Position numbers and translations under genes: made by a program
The notes under the pieces: generated by a model
What the model was told of the DNA's origin: nothing
Databases searched by the model: none
Seen by the model: only the letters and a program-made list of their open reading frames with translations
Source: Tetramitus jugosus
Lineage: Eukaryota; Protista; Heterolobosea
Reading direction: 5' to 3'
DNA: 64,000 bases
NCBI GenBank assembly: GCA_937625935.1
Contig: OW569350.1
Coordinates: 496,001 to 560,000, forward strand
Shown here: in pieces, positions 12,485-24,179 of the stretch
Numbering within the stretch: the first letter of the stretch is position 1
Layout of the letters: each line of letters begins with the position of its first letter

Positions 12485-13244
12485 ATGACACAGAACAACA
12501 ACAGTGTTCATAATGGATATCGGTCCATCTCTTTTCGTACATGGCAATCACTTCTTCTCTCGCTTCTCTTGATTCTCACATTGATTGTCACATTATCATT
12601 ATCCTCTCCACCACATCAACAACAATCAAAACTAATTCAACTGTCATCATCATCATCAAAACGACAATCTAGATCATCATCATCATCACCACTCTTACTG
12701 GTCAATACATTGGATGGAAAGCTGCATGCGATTGACACTCTATCCAATCAATTCAAATGGTCCATTCAAACAAGAGGCGGTCCACTATTGACAACCAGTT
12801 TCTCTCAATCCTATATGAAGAATCATCACAACAATGACCAAGACAGTGATATGAACAACACGAATAACAACAATAATCATTTTGATCCTCATTACATGAA
12901 AAATAATAATGATGATGCATTGCCCTACTACGTCATACCATCCATCAATGGAAATCTCTATGTTCATGTATCGGGCACCCCTGGCCTACAGAAAATGCCA
13001 ATCACAGTCAGAGAATTCGTAGACATGTCACCGTTTCATGCCATGGATGGCACACTGTACATTTCAAACAAAAAGTCGCACGTGTTTGTGCTGAATGGTG
13101 AAACTGGACAGATGATGTGCGAGTACAATGATGATTCTTCCTTCTCTAATCATCACAATGGTGGTCATGCCTCATCATCTTATTGTCACAACAACAACAA
13201 CAACAACAACAATAACAATAGGGATAACAACAACAGTAATGATA

Positions 13245-13277
<33 letters not shown>

Positions 13278-16015
13278 GTGATACGGATAGGGATAACAAT
13301 GATGATACCGATAGTTCACATCGATCATCATCACCACTGTTGATATACATGGTACGAGTGGATTATGTGATTCATGCCATGGACTCTGTCACAGGTTCAC
13401 TCAAGTGGAACATTACATTCTCTGATGTCTATCCATCGAAACAAGTAAATTACAATAACAATATGAGAGACGATCGAAAAAGACAAGGGATGAACAACAA
13501 TGACGATAACCATTATTTTGCACAACATCACACTCAAGTACCCATACTGGCATTTTCGACCAATGATGCATCATTGTACATCATGTCAAACAGTGACGAT
13601 GAAGACGTGTTTCATTCTGCGTCACCCCACATGTTTCAGTTTGAATCACAGCCTGTGTCTCTTTATCATCAACAAGTGATGACTCGCTCACTGATGAACA
13701 GTCATCATCACCATCATGATCATCATCATCGAGAAGGAGAACATCACAACAATGGGAACAATGATAACGACAGTGGAAGTGATGATGCATTTTGGAGGGT
13801 CAATATGCCCACATTGGTCAATCAATTGCGCAACAATGAAAATAATGACAATAATCATTCCAAACGCAACAAGAGTCAGAGAGTGTATGTTCAGGCATCC
13901 GAGTTTGAAGATGGGAGCAAACACTTGTACGTGTTTGAATTACCTAGGGACTACAGTTTGCATCATGATGACTCATCTCACGAGGAGCAAGAATCGGACA
14001 GAGATGTCATTCTAAAGAACATGAGTCAGAGGTTGCACGATCATCGTCACTATCAATGGCAACAGAATTCTTCTGGTGATGACTCATCTTCGCATCAACA
14101 GCAACAACAGTTGATTGTAAAGCCAACACTGTCTCCTAGAACGACAGTTCATGATAATGAACATGCAAGTAGTGGTGAAGGGGATGACAATGCTCTAGCG
14201 GTACTAGTACCATCGGATGGTACTGTGACTCTTCCAATGTATCACAAGCAAAATATTCTGGGCGTTCAATCGATTTATGCATTTTCACACACTCAATGCT
14301 TACCAAGGGATCTCATGTACAGATATCGGAGGATAGATTATCGTCCATCTATCGAGTACGATAGGGACGCTTCTGCTTTGGATAGAGATGATGATCATCG
14401 TTTTGAAGATATGGATGTCGACAAAGGTTCAATACCACGGAGGAGAAGTTCTAATTTGCGTGAGGGCAATGACTTACCTCTCATTGTTCTCTCATGTATT
14501 GTTGTTGTTTTGGTTGTATTGCTCATACGATCCAACAGGAGAAGAGAGAGGAGCGTCAATGAGGAGGATGTGGAAGAAGAAACACAAGACAAACAAGAAA
14601 AACCAATCGAGGAAGATGACAACAGCAAAGAGCAAACTTCTACAACTTCTGACTTGAGTGTGACGACTGAAGAGGTATTGCTCGAGTATAATCAGGCGAG
14701 TGAAGTTTCAACAGAAAATACTGTGCCGATCAGCAAAGCTGATACTCCATCTCCAGAGGAAGATGAATATGGATATGTCCGTACAGGAAAATTTTTCATC
14801 AGTAAAATAATACTGGGAAAGGGTAGCAATGGCACAATTGTTTATGAAGGAAAGTTGGACGGAAGAAGGGTTGCCATCAAGAGAATGCTCAGAGAGTTTT
14901 ATGATGAAGCAAACAGAGAAATTGAATTATTAATCGAGTCTGATGAGCATTCCAACGTGGTTCGATATTTTGCCAAAGAAGAAGACTCTACTTTTATTTA
15001 TTTGGCGTTGGAGTATTGTCCATTCACATTGGCCGATTTGATTGAAAATAGTGGCTCTGGCACAGGTGGAGTGAGAGAGAATTTCGACGGCATGAATATT
15101 TTGGTCCAGTTGATTCAATCAGTTGTGCACATACACTCATTAGGAATTGTACACAGGGACTTAAAGCCACAAAATATATTGGTTAGTAGCAATTATCGAG
15201 TAAAATTGAGTGATATGGGACTCGGAAAGCGATTGGATAAGAACAAGAGCTCATTTTGTACCTCGGTTGCAGGCACATTAGGATGGCAAGCACCTGAGCT
15301 GCTCAGAGAGAATGCAAGAACTACGAAGGCAGTGGATATCTTTGCCTTAGGATGCATGGTGTATTATGTGTTATCGAAGGGCCAACATCCTTTTGGTGAT
15401 GGCTTCCAACGTGATAACAATATTTTGAAGAGCAAGTACAATTTAAGCCATCCAAACATATCACTGGAACTTGCCGATCTAATCGAATCCATGATCTGTA
15501 ATGATCCAGGGAAGAGGGTGTCTGCTTCTGCTGCATTACAACATCCATCGTTGTGGAGCGATGAAGTGAAACTGAATTTTTTATGCGATGTCAGCGACCA
15601 GCTAGGAAAAGAAAAACAACAAAGTTTTGTGTATCAGAAACTAGAATCGCTCCCGCTAAAGAAACTGATATTTAGTCCTAATAAGAGTGGAGCCTCACTC
15701 CCCTCAAAGAAGAAGAAGAAGGATGATACTCTTGATTGGAGCAGTTCTTTAGACGACATGGTTTTAAGAAATGTAGAAAAGTTTAGAAGATACGACCATA
15801 CTCAAGTTTGGGACCTTCTGAGATTGATTCGAAATATTAAATCTCATTATCGGGAGTACGAGCAAGAGCTGCAAGATGCGATGAAACCATTACCTGGAGG
15901 AATATTTGTCTATTTCTCTCACCAATTTCCCAACCTATTCTTCCAGGTGTATACAATTGTGAAGCAGAATTGGAGCAAGAAAGATGTTTTTCAGCACTAC
16001 TTCCCGCATAAATAG
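12485..16015 (+). CDS. IRE1: IRE1 ER-stress sensor kinase/endoribonuclease
   Basis: N-terminal signal segment; luminal motifs LLVNTLDGKLHAID, VIPSINGNLY, KMPITVREFVDMSPF; one TM helix; kinase LGKGSNGTIVYEG...VAIKR...HRDLKPQNIL...SDMG...GTLGWQAPE; KEN RNase YDHTQVWDLLRLIRNIKSHYRE. Start may be 12401 or 12485. Confidence 0.95.
13190..13276 (+). repeat. (AAC)n/(AAT)n coding microsatellite in the IRE1 luminal domain
   Basis: Long AAC then AAT runs encoding poly-Asn. Confidence 0.85.
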
Positions 16016-16023
16016 TCTTCTAT

Positions 16024-18849
16024 TTACCAGATACTTGTCTTTTTATTTTGTGCCTCCTTCTTTTTCTGATCCTCCTTCTCTCTAAGTCTTCTCTTGAGCT
16101 CAGTAAGTTCTTTGATTGGCCTATGAGAGTGGATGTAAGTTTTTTCGAACTCTGAGAGATCATTCGATGTCATCGATGTTTCTGTACATAGGAATTGTAT
16201 TATCTTTACAAACTCTCTGTTGTCGAACAATTTTGCTACAATGACACCCTCAGGCGAATCTTGCTGAGTTGGTGTTGGGGTTCTGATATTGACCATACTT
16301 GAAGGTCGAGAGTCACTCATTCTGCTTTCTGAGTTCAATGGTATGGATTGGTTTTGGTGTTTAGAGATGTAGTCGATCATTAGACCGAAGAATATTCTCT
16401 CCTTTGTTATTTCATAAGGATTGTCTTTAAGTTTGTCCCGGAGCCCATTCAGAAACTCGAGGGTGTTTGGATGAGATGGCGCATTGATGTAGTCTAAAAA
16501 CACCATCAATCTCTTGTAAAATAATACACTCTTGTGGAACCGAGAGTCCTCTATATCGAGTGTCTTACGTGCCATAGTCCACATGTTAGAACTAATTTCT
16601 TTTTGGACCTTGCTGTTAGGTTTGGGAGCTCGGTTTCTCCTTCTCCAGGATACCATTTCCTCCTTTCCCTTTTTGTCAAGTCTACGCTTCTTGACAGGAT
16701 CATCTAAGTGGACTCTGAAACAGGACCACGACTCTGCATGAGCGAGAGCACTATCATACACACTAGTCATATGCTTCTTTGACTTGAATAGTTGCTCTCT
16801 ATTCTGCTCTCTTTCATCCAAACAATCGAGAAGTTCATTTTGTGCTTTTGCTTGAGCAGCAATGAATCTCTTCTTTCCATATTCATACCGTTGAACTGCA
16901 CTGTCTAAGTCTATTGGTTTTTCTTCAATCTTTTCCTTTTTTAGGGAACTGGGCTTGGCTGAGTTGAATCGATTTAGAACTCTCTTAGATGCAGGTCTTG
17001 GTCCCCGAGCACTTCCTAAACTGTTAATTGTTCGGAGTTCTTCAATTCTTTGTATTTCGGGATTGATTCCATTCATTAACTTAGATGTAGAATCGTCATT
17101 CACCACTGTTTTCCGGTTTGGTTTTGGCTTAATTTTGGCGAGATCAGACATCATCTTTTTACACTTCACACTGGCATCCTCACAATTCTTCATTATTTTT
17201 CTTTCAGTATCTGTGATCTCATAATCTTCAATATCGATAATGTTGGGCCCTGAACCTATCTTGTGATGAATTGTGTCTATGATAGAGCTTAGGTAGGTAT
17301 AGCTAGAAGCTGGTTTCTCTTCGAGATATCCTGAGAAGCTAGAATCTTTTCTACTTGGGGACACTATTGTTCCTTGAGTTGAGGAGAATAAAGTCAATGA
17401 ATTCTTCATCTGAAATGGAGGAAACAATTGATCAAAATCCTGTACATCTTCGTCACTATCATATTGAAGAACCGAGTTAAATGTAACTCCTCGCTTCTTC
17501 ACCAACTCCAATTGGCGATTGCTTTGTTGAACTTCTTCGAGAGGAAACTTCATACATTCGTAAGGTCTCTGTGTACCTCTCCTCCTGATAATGTTGAGTA
17601 ATTGAATCCTGGAATCATAATTTCTCATAAAGCTCATCACCTCGAGATCATCAACCTCTTCATCCAAGTAACTCGCGTCTTCTTGCTCCTCTTTAGAATG
17701 ATGCTTTGCGATCAATGAATCCAAAGTGTTAGGCCAAGGTCTTGAAGAACTGGACGAAATGCTTCTTTCCCTACCGACGATTGTCGATCTCCTGGGTTTC
17801 GTCTCCACTACAGAATTTACCTCCGTCAAAAAGGTGTTACTATTGTGCAACATTCTTGGGGAATGATGCTGGTAACTCTCTACTTTCACTTCTTTGACTA
17901 CCTCACTGAAAACCGGCTCGTTCATAAGTTTCAGATATGAAATATCCCTCGATACCACCTCTTTCGCTTTCGTCTCTTTGCCTTGAATTTTGGCCCTATT
18001 CTTCAATGCTTTTGCCTTCCAAGCTTTTACAGGAAATGTGGAACTGTCCTGTTGCTTCTGATGCATTTGTTCTAGAGTTAGTGTTGGTTGATCAGTAGCT
18101 TCCAACTCCAGATGGTTATCATCTCCCATCATTCTATCTTCTTTCGATTCAACCTTTACATCCCTTATGGCTCTAGATGTTTTCCTTTTCAACGGATCCA
18201 TCAACAATTGAAAATTTTCATTTAACTCTTCAGGGTTGGCAAATCTCTCAATCATGTCCTTCTCATATAGAAGATATTTGTTTTGAAAATCTTCATAGCG
18301 TTCTGTTGATGGGAAAACACCCTGCCGATCACCATACACCACCACATAATGGCTAGATTTTGAGTGTTTCAGCTTACTAATATCCTCCGTAAGTTTACTG
18401 CGATAATACTCTGACTGGTACTCGCAAGCTGCTTCATGGATCGATCCCTCCTTCATATAATTTAAGATATCAGAAGTCATTTTAAAGTTAATGTGCTGCG
18501 GAGCTAATTTGTGATGTTTGTTCGGTATCAAATTAGATGAACTCATCCACTTGCTTACAGTTCCTGTCCTCTCAAACATTTCAGATAAGTTGCTGGTGCT
18601 CATTTGACTGAGCTCTGGGATGACATGCTTTAACATGACTGATTGTGCAGGTGGTGGCTGTTGGGGAGTTTCATTCTTATGGTTCTTGAAGGTCGCATCC
18701 ATGAGTGTTCTGCTCTTTGTTCGGGAGATAGGTGTCAACAGAGAAGCTGAGCCTCCACTGCCGTCACCCAATTTTGTCATTCCACTCCCAACAACAGTAG
18801 AAGATCCAGGTTCAGCAACAAAACTTTTCGGCTCTTGGAGTGTATTCAT
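16024..18849 (-). CDS. Uncharacterised 941-aa charged/coiled-coil protein
   Basis: Long uninterrupted ORF with an ATG start, convergent with IRE1 (8-bp gap). No recognised domain. Confidence 0.75.
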   Translation of the reverse strand: MNTLQEPKSFVAEPGSSTVVGSGMTKLGDGSGGSASLLTPISRTKSRTLMDATFKNHKNETPQQPPPAQSVMLKHVIPELSQMSTSNLSEMFERTGTVSKWMSSSNLIPNKHHKLAPQHINFKMTSDILNYMKEGSIHEAACEYQSEYYRSKLTEDISKLKHSKSSHYVVVYGDRQGVFPSTERYEDFQNKYLLYEKDMIERFANPEELNENFQLLMDPLKRKTSRAIRDVKVESKEDRMMGDDNHLELEATDQPTLTLEQMHQKQQDSSTFPVKAWKAKALKNRAKIQGKETKAKEVVSRDISYLKLMNEPVFSEVVKEVKVESYQHHSPRMLHNSNTFLTEVNSVVETKPRRSTIVGRERSISSSSSRPWPNTLDSLIAKHHSKEEQEDASYLDEEVDDLEVMSFMRNYDSRIQLLNIIRRRGTQRPYECMKFPLEEVQQSNRQLELVKKRGVTFNSVLQYDSDEDVQDFDQLFPPFQMKNSLTLFSSTQGTIVSPSRKDSSFSGYLEEKPASSYTYLSSIIDTIHHKIGSGPNIIDIEDYEITDTERKIMKNCEDASVKCKKMMSDLAKIKPKPNRKTVVNDDSTSKLMNGINPEIQRIEELRTINSLGSARGPRPASKRVLNRFNSAKPSSLKKEKIEEKPIDLDSAVQRYEYGKKRFIAAQAKAQNELLDCLDEREQNREQLFKSKKHMTSVYDSALAHAESWSCFRVHLDDPVKKRRLDKKGKEEMVSWRRRNRAPKPNSKVQKEISSNMWTMARKTLDIEDSRFHKSVLFYKRLMVFLDYINAPSHPNTLEFLNGLRDKLKDNPYEITKERIFFGLMIDYISKHQNQSIPLNSESRMSDSRPSSMVNIRTPTPTQQDSPEGVIVAKLFDNREFVKIIQFLCTETSMTSNDLSEFEKTYIHSHRPIKELTELKRRLREKEDQKKKEAQNKKTSIW

Positions 18850-19111
18850 GGAGTTGTAGCCCTTGGGAGGTTATTTGATTCAGCCTTCTGATTTCTGATG
18901 TTCATTCCTCGATTCAGATGGCAAAAAATATTTCGTAAAAAATAATGGCGCCATGTTTTGACGACAACTGTCTGTGGGGGATTTTTATTTCGTTCGTACG
19001 ATGATAATATAAAATAGGTTAATGTGTGAAGCACATTGGTGGAGGAAAGCATCCAATGCAATTTTTGGCCCACCATTGCTTCTTTGTTGTCAAGTGAATC
19101 ACTTTTTGATT

Positions 19112-19781
19112 CTAATATTCAATGATTGGTTCACCAATGTTGGTCACTTTGGGTACTGTTGGCTTCAAATCGAACACCTTTGCCAACACCAACTTGAATA
19201 GCTTTTTGATATTGACACCAGCTGCTGCGCTGGAGAAAATGAGTGGACACTTCATTTTTTCTGCCAATTTACGTGCCTATACAAAGAAGAGAGACATTGT
19301 AAGCAACGACTAAATTCATGTCGAACCAAAAAAGCAAAAAAAAACCCAATAAATGACATACCTGAGCCGTAGTTTCTTCTTGTTCCTCTTGAGTCATCTC
19401 CAAAAACTTGTCATACTTGGTTCCAATGAGGAAAGGAGCAGCCTTCTTGTTGTGTTTTCTTGATTGTATGTACCATTCTTTGATTGAGCTCAGTGTGACC
19501 TTTCTGCTCAAATCAAACATGAAAAATAGGGCCAATGCATCATTACAGACAAGATCCATCATACTCATAAACTGCTTTTGACCACCCAAATCCCAAATCA
19601 TCAAATTAATGTCATAATTCTTCACAGTCAACTGCTTTTCCAAGAAATTGACACCTAGTGTCATGACATAGTCTTCATCGAATTTGCCATTGACGAACTT
19701 GACCATGAGACTCGTTTTACCTACTTGCATGTCACCGAGCATGCCTACTTTGACGACAATGTCCTTTTTACGTTGTGCCAT
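19112..19781 (-). CDS. TEM1: Tem1/Spg1 septation/mitotic-exit Ras-like GTPase; exon 1 19362-19781, intron 19277-19361, exon 2 19112-19276
   Basis: KVGMLGDMQVGKTSLMVKFV, TLGVNFLEK, WDLGGQKQF..M..LVCNDA, GTKYD. Spliced C-terminus ARKLAEKMKCPLIFSSAAAGVNIKKLFKLVLAKVFDLKPTVPKVTNIGEPIIEY*. Splice sites CAG|GTATGT...TAG|GCA. Confidence 0.93.
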
Positions 19782-20125
19782 TTTTTGTTGTTGTTTATGT
19801 TGTTATATAATGTACAGAGATGGATAGATTTCTTCTTCGAAAACAAGGTGAGATATCACTTTTGTTCTTTTGTGTTTGTGTTGATGGATGTTTGCTTGTT
19901 TGGTTGTGTGTTGAAAAAGAAGATGATTCTCTCTGATGGCGGCGATGGGAACAGAGAACTGAGAGCCAAAAGCTTTGGACAACCGGAGAAACATTTCTTG
20001 TAAGGGGAAATGACGAATCGAACGTCAAAAACAGGTTCATGAAAAGTGAAGGAAACGCTTCTTTATTTACTGGGATGTTCGTTTCTGAGATTGTATTCTC
20101 GAAAGAACGATCTTTATTGAGAAGA

Positions 20126-20344
20126 TCACTTCTGTTCTCCCTTTCCTCCCTCAATCTTCTTCTCAGTCAAGAAATCCAATCGCTTCTGATCCTTGAGCCA
20201 TTCCTGCTTACCGACGATTCCCTTGTCCTGCTCGTGCGTTCGGTACTCCTCAATTCGGTCTTTCTTGTCGTAGCCCATTCCTTGTCCGTCCTTACCCTTC
20301 TGTTCGAAGCGGTTAACGCCGTTGTATGAGTGTGTCCAATCCAT
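20126..20344 (-). CDS. Small hydrophilic 72-aa protein of unknown function
   Basis: ATG preceded by a CA-rich leader and a TATAAAA about 80 bp upstream (20422-20428, minus). Codon choice (AAG/GAG/TAC) resembles highly expressed genes. AATAAA follows the stop. Confidence 0.6.
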   Translation of the reverse strand: MDWTHSYNGVNRFEQKGKDGQGMGYDKKDRIEEYRTHEQDKGIVGKQEWLKDQKRLDFLTEKKIEGGKGEQK

Positions 20345-20498
20345 GATTACTAAGTGAGTGTTGTGCTATGGTTTTGGTTGAGTGTTGTTAGGTTGTCTGG
20401 ATCAACTTTGAATTGCAGGCCTTTTATAATAAGATTTCTGTTTATTTTCGTCGCATGATAATTTAGATGTTATAATCAACTGACATGAAGATCAGAGA

Positions 20499-23400
20499 TT
20501 ACAATGACTTAGCGGAGGTGAACACAAGAGCAGCCAAAAGAGGAACGGCAAACAATGCCAATCCTCTCCATGAGTCAAAGCCTGACACTTTCTCATCGAC
20601 AGAACGTGGGTTATTTTGAGTCTTGTTCTTTGAGCTCGAAGCTTGAATAGGAGCAATCGTTGTAGCCACAGCAGGACCTCTATTTCTTTCGAGAATTTCA
20701 TAGTGCTTGTGTGTCTTAATGTTCGAGAGGTTTTCGACTCTTTCAGCACTTCTCAGGAAAAGAGGCTTGGTTCTCTTAATGAGTCTCATTAATTCATCAT
20801 AGGTGATGACTCCCTGTTTGGTCATCACCTTTTCATTCTTGTTCACACATGAGAGATCATTCAACTTGACACACTTGAGAATAAACAAGTGCTCATCCAC
20901 GAGTGTTTCATATCGGTATTGAACACGAATATTTGGCATATTGGTTTTGTGGATATCATTTCCAAGAACTCCAGGGAGATAGTACTTGTCACCCAGCCAA
21001 TAACTCTTGTAGATACGATCCCATCCACACATCAAAACACTATTTCTAGCCATTTCGCACAAGTCAGTATTACTCAATCTCCAGACCTGAGCTCCGATTG
21101 AATACTCCTCAAGCAAAGGATCTCTACATAGATGGAACATAAGCGGATCATCTGTTGAGATGCTGACATTCAGACCTCTGCACAGGAATTGAGGCAGTGG
21201 ATTTCTGCTGTAGTCCAAGAATAAAGAATTATTGGAGAGTGGTGAAACAGCCAGGCCAATCTGATGTAGATAATACAAGTATTGCAAAACTGGAGTTTTT
21301 CTGAGCTCAATACCATGGGAAATGTTATCTGCAACTAGATAACTACTAATCAAGTGAAGTGGGTCACCAGCCTCACCACAATGAGGCCTATATTTGAATG
21401 TATTGAGTCCCTTGCTCATTCTATATTGATTCAAAGTATTCACATTTGCATAGAAGTAGTAGTTGTAGTAGGCATAAGGTGGGTTGTCCAAGGTATTCCA
21501 TTGGTCAGGTGTAGGCAGTCGGGAATGGAATCTAGGCTCAGGCTTAGTTTCATCATCTACAGAATCGAAGCCAATAACTTGCTTCAAGAATGTGTGTAAG
21601 TTAGGATGACTCTTAGGATCTCGAGTCACTTCGAACAAAGGTCTAAACACGTTATCCAACATTTCCTGCACATTCTTAATAATGTTGTTTCCTCTGTGTA
21701 CATAGTAGAGTCTAGGAATTTGAATTAACCATCTGACGTGGTCAGAGTACATCTTGTTGTTCAGTACCCATTCTCCCAACAAATCCCATTCATTAGGATT
21801 CACACCATAAATTGAGACACGAGGCTCTGACATTTGATATCTGCTATCTTCCAAATCCTGGAACGTTTCCTTACAGAGCTCTGCGAAATAACGACCTCCA
21901 ATCATGTTATCAGTCTTCAAAAAGATTTCACGTAATCTAGATTGTCCGAATGGATTATACTTCAGATTAAATTTGTCAAATCTGTGAAGAATAGATTTGT
22001 TTGCATGAACATCCAACGTATCTACAGAGATGTCATAGGCAGTCAAGTTCAAACTCTCAAATGTTTGGGCGAGAGTCAGTTCTTTGCCATCTCTGAAAAT
22101 GACAACTTCGTTTGGACACTCCTTTAACTTGCGCTTAATAAACTTAACGAGTCTCTTTTGAGTCATACTGGCACTCAAGTGAATATGAGTATCAACCTTT
22201 CTCACGTTGTAAAAATCTCTGTGAGGCACTTGTTTTTGTTCATGAGTTTCCAAAGCCTCATTAATATTCTTGTACAATGAATTTTTCAGCTCTAGAGTTT
22301 TCAATCGATTATAGCAATATGATTTTGTGGGCGCATGAAACACAATTTTAGAGATGCGCTTATGATCATCATAAAACTCTTTGAATGAGACCATGGGTGG
22401 GAACAGGCCAAGTTTATTGGCGCCTGAACTTCCACTTCCCTCTTCAGTGTGCGACATGTCATTTTCATCATAGACATAAAAGACTCCCTTTCTCATCTCA
22501 AATGTCTCTCTGGTTCTCAATGGCGAATCATCACTAACGTGGGTATCAAATGGATCAAATGGAGTAGGAGGTTGATGATGTCTTCCCACCTTTCTATGAT
22601 CATACACATGATTTGGTTCATTAAATTCCTTCACATCAGGCAACTCCCACGGATATTGAGTAATGTTTAACAAGTCAGTGTTTGGATCATAGAGAATATA
22701 CTTTTTTCTCATTTGAATGCACTCGTGCAACAAAAGACACAAATCAATCACTTCATTATCAATTTTTTCCTCACCAAACGCACAAATCGATGCCAACAAA
22801 TCATCAGTCTTTTTCTTCTTTGTTTCTTCTTGTCCGCTCAAATGGGTTGTATAGTGATGATGTTGGTGATGATGGTGGTGATGGACTTTGGCGCTCGATT
22901 GTTCCTGCAAGTCCATGACAAATTGCTTCTTTGGTCTTTGTTCAGCAGATGCATCAGATGTCATAGGTTTCTTTGTGGCCGACACTGTTGATGATGATGA
23001 TGATGACGATGATTCATCCATAGCAGTCTTTTCCTGAACAACAGTTGTGCTCTCACTGACCAACAACTGTTGCTCTTCTTCTCTCTCCAGTTTATCAGCT
23101 GTGAGACCACTTGGTGTAGCGACTCCATAGCTGTCAATAGAACTGATGGTACTGGATGGACTCTCCACTTCATTGTCAATGTTTGATGATGATGTTGGTA
23201 CCAAGAGTTGATTCTGTTGTTCCATCAATCGAGCGGCTGTTTCACTCGGAGGTGTCAACACACCCGTCTGTTGTGTCTCATGTGAGAACGTGTACTTGGA
23301 GTGGGGAACTGTGGTGACTCCCTTCTCTGCTGCTGCACTACCAAAGTCTCTGTTACGTTGTCTTGCTGGCACGACCAATTTGTTGCTGTCGGCTGATGGA

Positions 23401-23735
23401 CTCTGACCACTGCTCGTACTACTGTTGCTGCTGCTGATATTATTGTTGTTGTTGCTACCAGTGCTATCTGGAGGAGCAATGATGAATGAATCATCACTTT
23501 CATCATCATCGCTGCTGCCGCTAATGTTGAGTGCATTGAGAGTACTAGCATTCATAGTAGCGGTGGCGGCTGTTGGTGAGGCAGGTGGTTCTTCCATGGT
23601 GTGCATCACATGATCATTTTCTTCTTCTGTTGCTGCATTGGTTGGATAATAGATGGTTCCTTGTTGCTTGCTGCTTGATGTAAGCATGCTGCTTGCATTT
23701 TGGTTGTTGTCCTTGTTGTTGTTTCTTTTAGGCAT
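20499..23735 (-). CDS. AMPD: AMP deaminase with a low-complexity N-terminus and a C-terminal hydrophobic tail
   Basis: VPHRDFYNVRKVDTHIH, HRFDKFNLKYNPFG, GFDSVDDE, RPHCGEAG, SHGIELRK, SPLSNNSLF, STDDPLMFH. Confidence 0.96.
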   Translation of the reverse strand: MPKRNNNKDNNQNASSMLTSSSKQQGTIYYPTNAATEEENDHVMHTMEEPPASPTAATATMNASTLNALNISGSSDDDESDDSFIIAPPDSTGSNNNNNISSSNSSTSSGQSPSADSNKLVVPARQRNRDFGSAAAEKGVTTVPHSKYTFSHETQQTGVLTPPSETAARLMEQQNQLLVPTSSSNIDNEVESPSSTISSIDSYGVATPSGLTADKLEREEEQQLLVSESTTVVQEKTAMDESSSSSSSSTVSATKKPMTSDASAEQRPKKQFVMDLQEQSSAKVHHHHHHQHHHYTTHLSGQEETKKKKTDDLLASICAFGEEKIDNEVIDLCLLLHECIQMRKKYILYDPNTDLLNITQYPWELPDVKEFNEPNHVYDHRKVGRHHQPPTPFDPFDTHVSDDSPLRTRETFEMRKGVFYVYDENDMSHTEEGSGSSGANKLGLFPPMVSFKEFYDDHKRISKIVFHAPTKSYCYNRLKTLELKNSLYKNINEALETHEQKQVPHRDFYNVRKVDTHIHLSASMTQKRLVKFIKRKLKECPNEVVIFRDGKELTLAQTFESLNLTAYDISVDTLDVHANKSILHRFDKFNLKYNPFGQSRLREIFLKTDNMIGGRYFAELCKETFQDLEDSRYQMSEPRVSIYGVNPNEWDLLGEWVLNNKMYSDHVRWLIQIPRLYYVHRGNNIIKNVQEMLDNVFRPLFEVTRDPKSHPNLHTFLKQVIGFDSVDDETKPEPRFHSRLPTPDQWNTLDNPPYAYYNYYFYANVNTLNQYRMSKGLNTFKYRPHCGEAGDPLHLISSYLVADNISHGIELRKTPVLQYLYYLHQIGLAVSPLSNNSLFLDYSRNPLPQFLCRGLNVSISTDDPLMFHLCRDPLLEEYSIGAQVWRLSNTDLCEMARNSVLMCGWDRIYKSYWLGDKYYLPGVLGNDIHKTNMPNIRVQYRYETLVDEHLFILKCVKLNDLSCVNKNEKVMTKQGVITYDELMRLIKRTKPLFLRSAERVENLSNIKTHKHYEILERNRGPAVATTIAPIQASSSKNKTQNNPRSVDEKVSGFDSWRGLALFAVPLLAALVFTSAKSL

Positions 23736-24179
23736 GTTATGTTGTTTTTAATTTGTTGTTGGTTTGTTTTTATAAATGGTTGAAAGCTTTCAAAGATAAT
23801 TATCTTTTTGATAGACGATGTCGCAACTCTTCGGGTATTCATCAAACTTTTTTGAGACATAATCTATTTTTACCTTCAACGAACTGGTAGAACTTCATTG
23901 CAGAGGCAACCAAAAGGGAGCGGGGCGAGTTGTCCTTCAGTTTAAGTTGCATTGATATGCTTTGATAATCTGATTCATTCCTTTCCAGGCAAAATATGAA
24001 GTTGGAAGAAGTCAGGGAAGTAAAAAGTTGCCTGAAGGATCCACATAAGCCGGCTGGTCGTCTGTGTGAAACTTTCTTCTTCGTTAGCGGAGATTTGGTA
24101 AGCGGAATATTTTTGAATTGTAAGCCTCTCTTTCGAAGACAACAAAACACCGACACGGCAACAAAAACACAGAGCAACA

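Noticed and set aside
20499-20510. Peroxisomal PTS1 at the AMPD C-terminus
   Set aside because: The last three residues are KSL, not SKL-type.
23820-24110. Possible small gene between AMPD and CCDC93
   Set aside because: There is an acceptor-like TTTCCAG, but no consistent start and donor give an open spliced frame.
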